Virus record (IMG/VR): IMGVR_UViG_3300036884_000265
Coordinates: 1-59,395 of that record
Source: a virus
Lineage: Duplodnaviria > Caudoviricetes
Direction: 5' to 3' (one strand)
Length of the DNA: 59,395 bases
Positions 56,319-59,395 of this stretch are shown piece after piece (within the stretch, counting starts at the first letter, position 1; each line of letters begins with the position of its first letter). Below the pieces are notes generated by a model, which made no database searches, had not been told where the DNA came from, and saw only the letters and a program-made list of their open reading frames with translations. Made by a program: the position numbers and the translations under genes.

Positions 56319-56774
56319 TTAACGTCTCTGGTTCCATATCCAAGCTCTTATTGTAAATATTGCTCCATGCACAATATTACTTGTTATTACTGGAGTCAAT
56401 GTACCATTAATCCATCCACTTATTGCAGGAGCAACTCTATTTGCTGTTGCCCCAAGCATTGTTGATCCGGTACTGCTTAGAACATCAGCACTTGATTCTG
56501 ATGATAATAATGTAAATCCACTTGACGCAGTTGGTGAAGGGCTTCCTGGAGTTGTATCAACTGAATAAACCCACCCCCTAAATGTAGGTGAAGGAGTGAT
56601 TGTAGTTGGAAATGTTCCATCACCTGAATTACCTGTACATACCCATGTAACACTTGAAATAGCATCAAGATCTTGATGAGTCATTACACACGAACCAGCA
56701 AGTGCATGTGCAAATAACGGAAAGAATACCGTAATTATTACGATGTTTAATAAAATGCATAAATACCTTTTCAT
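56319..56774 (-). CDS. Signal-peptide-bearing small beta protein
   Basis: MKRYLCILLNIVIITVFFPLFAHA|L; one Cys pair in the mature part. Confidence 0.75.
   Translation of the reverse strand: MKRYLCILLNIVIITVFFPLFAHALAGSCVMTHQDLDAISSVTWVCTGNSGDGTFPTTITPSPTFRGWVYSVDTTPGSPSPTASSGFTLLSSESSADVLSSTGSTMLGATANRVAPAISGWINGTLTPVITSNIVHGAIFTIRAWIWNQRR
56721..56750 (-). repeat. Dispersed palindromic element copy 9 (core 56730-56742), inside a coding sequence
   Basis: aagaatacCGTAATTATTACGatgtttaa encodes LNIVIITVF of the signal peptide. Confidence 0.85.
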
Positions 56775-56799
56775 AAGTCCTCCATTAAGTTAAATTAAA

Positions 56800-58710
56800 C
56801 TAAAAACCTCTTTCTATAGAAATTCTTGAGTTTCCATTAATTGCTGTCCATATAGTTGTATCCTCCGTAAGTGTGAAGTCCTTTGAATATATTTGTGTGC
56901 GAAGTCCAGGATACCCTTCCCAAAGAAAAACCTTTTTTAAATCCACTCCCATATAATCATATAAGGTTGTCAATGTTGGATATGATCCACCTGAATGAGT
57001 AATTAACTCACCCGAATCATATCTTCCATTTAAGGCATAATTAATAACACTTGTTATTGTAGTTGCACCTGCAAGGGCTTCCCCAACAAAAACAACTTGT
57101 GTAGGTGTTACCCAATTGTTATAATATCCTGAATACATAATAGCCTGAAGAATATTATAATAATACAATGTATCTGGACTTAAGGCCGTAGGTGGAGTAA
57201 ATGCAGTTGTATAACGTGCATAAGGAGTATACCTAAACTCATCATAATATCCACCATCAGCACTAAATCCCAAGCCTGTTTCAATACCTAAGTAAAATAA
57301 TCCAGTTACATTATAAATAGAAAGAGAAGATGTTACTGCAATATCCTGAACTCCATCTACATAAATTTTATATGTAAGTCCACTCCAGACAATGGCAATG
57401 TGATACCAATTATCTTTAAGTAATGTTGCAGTTCCAGTATTACCATTTGCAATATCTTGTGAATTACCAGCAGAAGACATAAATATCTCTAAATGGTTAA
57501 ATGAGTTTCTTGTCAATTGTAATGAACGCAATGATTCACCATATACAACAGGATAATTATTTCCACTTGTTTGTGTTGGTCTGTAATAAAATTCTATTAC
57601 CCAGGGATGAGAACTCCATAAATAAGGTAATGTAGTATTCCAAACCGGTCCGGCTACTGGATATATATAAGGAGTATATGCAGATGCAGTTCCATATTTA
57701 GATTGAGCAGTAGAAATAACAGCATAATCAGTTGTTCCTGTCCACACATTTCCGTAAGTATCCGTGAAAGTTGTTGCCCCATTTGTACCATCAAAATTTG
57801 CAAGAACAGCAGCATTTTGGCCAGCTCCCGTTGGAGCAACAACTGAATATGATGGTTTATAAGGAGTGCTTCCAAGTGTAATTGCTCCAGTACCTGAATC
57901 TCTACTTGCATAAAGGTAATTGTTTGCATAAGCCTGAACTGCTGGCCATGCAGTATCTGCAACAATTGCCCCAACATAATCTGATCTTCCAGTTACTTCA
58001 AATCCAGCTGCAAAAGACACATACACAGGAGTTGTTGTTGCTGCAAGGGCAGGTAATAAACCAGTCCCAGTTGATATGAAATTAGGATGTCCATTTGCAT
58101 CAACTGCTGAATTTAATACAGTTTGTCTTGTACTATTTAAGGAAGCTGAATTTTCACCAGCAGGTCCTGTTGGCCCCTGTGGTCCTTGTGGACCAGTTAC
58201 GGAATCACCTTTATCTCCTTTAGGGCCAGCAGGACCTGATGCTACCCATATAACCCAAGGAGTTAATGCTGAACCTGAGCCACTTGTATTTGTTACATTA
58301 ACAACAAGTATGCCTGTCGTATAATTATAACTTGTAATTGTACCAAGCATATAATCACTAACATCAGTTGCATAAGTAATTTCAACAACCATTCCGGTAA
58401 TGAAGGATAGACCGGCTTCAACAGTTAATGTTTTTGTACCTGTACCTATTGTCAGCATTGATGTTGAACTTCCATAAATGTTTCCAAGGTAAGGTAGGTT
58501 AATCCAGTGACTTAAACCATCACCAATTTTAAGTCGGTTAGCATCATACTCAAAACCTGGTTCACCTTGTAATAAAACTGGATTGTATCGTGTCCAGTTA
58601 CTTGCAGTATCTCTTCTTAATTGATACTGATTAAATAAGGTATCTCCATTTACAACTGTTGAGATGAATAACATCAAGAATATAAATAGCCCACAAATAA
58701 GTTTTTTCAA
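56800..58710 (-). CDS. Signal-peptide-bearing fibre: Mtd_N/hyaluronidase-N-like domain, collagen-like repeat, LamG/ConA-like lectin domain
   Basis: MKKLICGLFIFLMLFISTVVNG|D; QLRRDTASNW...NPVL..GE.G.E.D...LKIGDG..W..LPY; GPAGPKGDKG..GPQGPQGPTGPAG; F.G.NG.T.F.D...WYHIA.V....YVDG...GYYDEFR. The TTG start overlaps the ATP-grasp stop. Confidence 0.85.
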   Translation of the reverse strand: MKKLICGLFIFLMLFISTVVNGDTLFNQYQLRRDTASNWTRYNPVLLQGEPGFEYDANRLKIGDGLSHWINLPYLGNIYGSSTSMLTIGTGTKTLTVEAGLSFITGMVVEITYATDVSDYMLGTITSYNYTTGILVVNVTNTSGSGSALTPWVIWVASGPAGPKGDKGDSVTGPQGPQGPTGPAGENSASLNSTRQTVLNSAVDANGHPNFISTGTGLLPALAATTTPVYVSFAAGFEVTGRSDYVGAIVADTAWPAVQAYANNYLYASRDSGTGAITLGSTPYKPSYSVVAPTGAGQNAAVLANFDGTNGATTFTDTYGNVWTGTTDYAVISTAQSKYGTASAYTPYIYPVAGPVWNTTLPYLWSSHPWVIEFYYRPTQTSGNNYPVVYGESLRSLQLTRNSFNHLEIFMSSAGNSQDIANGNTGTATLLKDNWYHIAIVWSGLTYKIYVDGVQDIAVTSSLSIYNVTGLFYLGIETGLGFSADGGYYDEFRYTPYARYTTAFTPPTALSPDTLYYYNILQAIMYSGYYNNWVTPTQVVFVGEALAGATTITSVINYALNGRYDSGELITHSGGSYPTLTTLYDYMGVDLKKVFLWEGYPGLRTQIYSKDFTLTEDTTIWTAINGNSRISIERGF

Positions 58711-59395
58711 AGTGTACCCCCTAAACCAAATTTTTCTCCTTCCTTAATCATTTCTTTCAACTCCTCAAATGAATTTTTGTTATAAGATTTATGTGGGCAC
58801 TTAAAATTTTCAGCTGCCTTTAAACATTCTTCTTCAGCCTCATCCTGCGTATCTCCTAATCCAACTACTTTAACAATTGTTGAACCATTTTTCTTAAATG
58901 GAATATGCTGAAATATACCTTCAACTTTACAAGCTGTTCTCAATTTAACACTAAGCCAATCCTTAGGATCAAACTCAAATGGAGTAGGTTCATCTGCACA
59001 ATCAGCAGAATCAACACTTAATTCAGCTCCAAATTTTGTGCGAAATTCAGGTTCAACAACTTCCCCATGAGCAATTCCTTGGACAATTTTAGGAAAGTTT
59101 TTATATTCTGATGTAATAACCCCAGCAGGTGGATTACCAAATCTTGAACATATATCACTGAAGTGAGGAACTTTATTCTTTCCTTGTCTAAATTCAGTTG
59201 ATATTGCCCCATCAACTTCACAACCTAAATAAACTGGAGCCATAGCTTCATGTATTGTCTTAAGTGGTTTAATAATTTCATTCATATTAACTACTCGACA
59301 TAAGTAAGAATCACCTTTATGTTCCCAGCCATATAAGCCCATTTTAAAAGGAATACCCTTACAAATAAAAACATCATCTCCCGGCTCACTTCCCT
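58707..59395 (-). CDS. PurD/GARS-like ATP-grasp ligase, 3' part (joins 1..711)
   Basis: In-frame continuation across the terminal overlap; G.IS.EFR, D.CSRFGNPP, VVGLGDT.DEA... Confidence 0.75.
   Translation of the reverse strand, partial: GSEPGDDVFICKGIPFKMGLYGWEHKGDSYLCRVVNMNEIIKPLKTIHEAMAPVYLGCEVDGAISTEFRQGKNKVPHFSDICSRFGNPPAGVITSEYKNFPKIVQGIAHGEVVEPEFRTKFGAELSVDSADCADEPTPFEFDPKDWLSVKLRTACKVEGIFQHIPFKKNGSTIVKVVGLGDTQDEAEEECLKAAENFKCPHKSYNKNSFEELKEMIKEGEKFGLGGTL
59292..59395. repeat. Terminal direct repeat (right copy)
   Basis: Matches 1-104 with one mismatch (59296 C vs 5 T). Confidence 0.95.

Noticed and set aside
1009-56750. The dispersed palindrome as a dif/Xer site, late promoter or terminator
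   Set aside because: It lacks the 11-6-11 XerC/XerD layout, its orientation is independent of transcription, and most copies have no U-tract.
1030-56800. Genome-wide TAG or TGA reassignment
   Set aside because: Long genes are intact in code 11, and both TAG (e.g. 1030, 46888, 47562, 56800) and TGA (ATGA overlaps) end genes at natural boundaries.
56800-58710. Diversity-generating retroelement, suggested by the Mtd_N-like domain
   Set aside because: No reverse transcriptase and no template/variable repeat pair differing at adenines were seen; the C-terminus is LamG-like.
1274-59221. Short antisense or alternate-frame ORFs in the track (e.g. 1274, 1982, 4199, 6563, 14276, 18376, 26094, 26718, 39299, 46754, 47949, 50092, 53123, 58076)
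   Set aside because: Nearly all are nested in longer, motif-bearing genes, and none shows an RBS or a recognisable motif; 26094 instead overlaps a promoter region.

Overview
The window is very probably one complete, circularly permuted genome (~59,291 bp) of a tailed podovirus-type phage: positions 1-104 repeat 59292-59395 with one mismatch. It has two arms diverging from ~25.7-26.3 kb and converging at ~46.6 kb. The leftward late arm wraps through the window end and holds: TerS, a lambda-gpA-type TerL, portal, scaffold, a CsrA-like gene, an N4-gp56/DUF4043-type capsid, adaptors, a tail nozzle, a two-domain glycosyltransferase, ejection proteins, a PurD-like ATP-grasp enzyme split by the window ends, fibre/adhesin genes and a lysis cassette. 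The rightward arm holds many small early genes behind near-perfect sigma70 promoters, then a Cas4-like exonuclease, a Sak4-like ATPase, an SSB, a ParB-MTase fusion, a UDG-fused PolA and a DUF3987-like helicase. I saw no integrase, reverse transcriptase, CRISPR array or primase. The most unusual signals are: (1) all five consecutive fibre/receptor-binding genes begin with Sec-type signal peptides, four carry paired cysteines, and they lie directly behind the ATP-grasp enzyme, which suggests fibres that are exported and mature outside the cytoplasm; (2) nine dispersed copies of a ~30-bp element whose core CGTAATNATTACG matches the Bacillus Zur box; (3) a candidate permuted twister ribozyme and an atypical tRNA-like RNA; (4) in-frame stop codons in two genes, one of them in the lysis cassette. 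All family calls are by-eye motif recognition; no database search was run.
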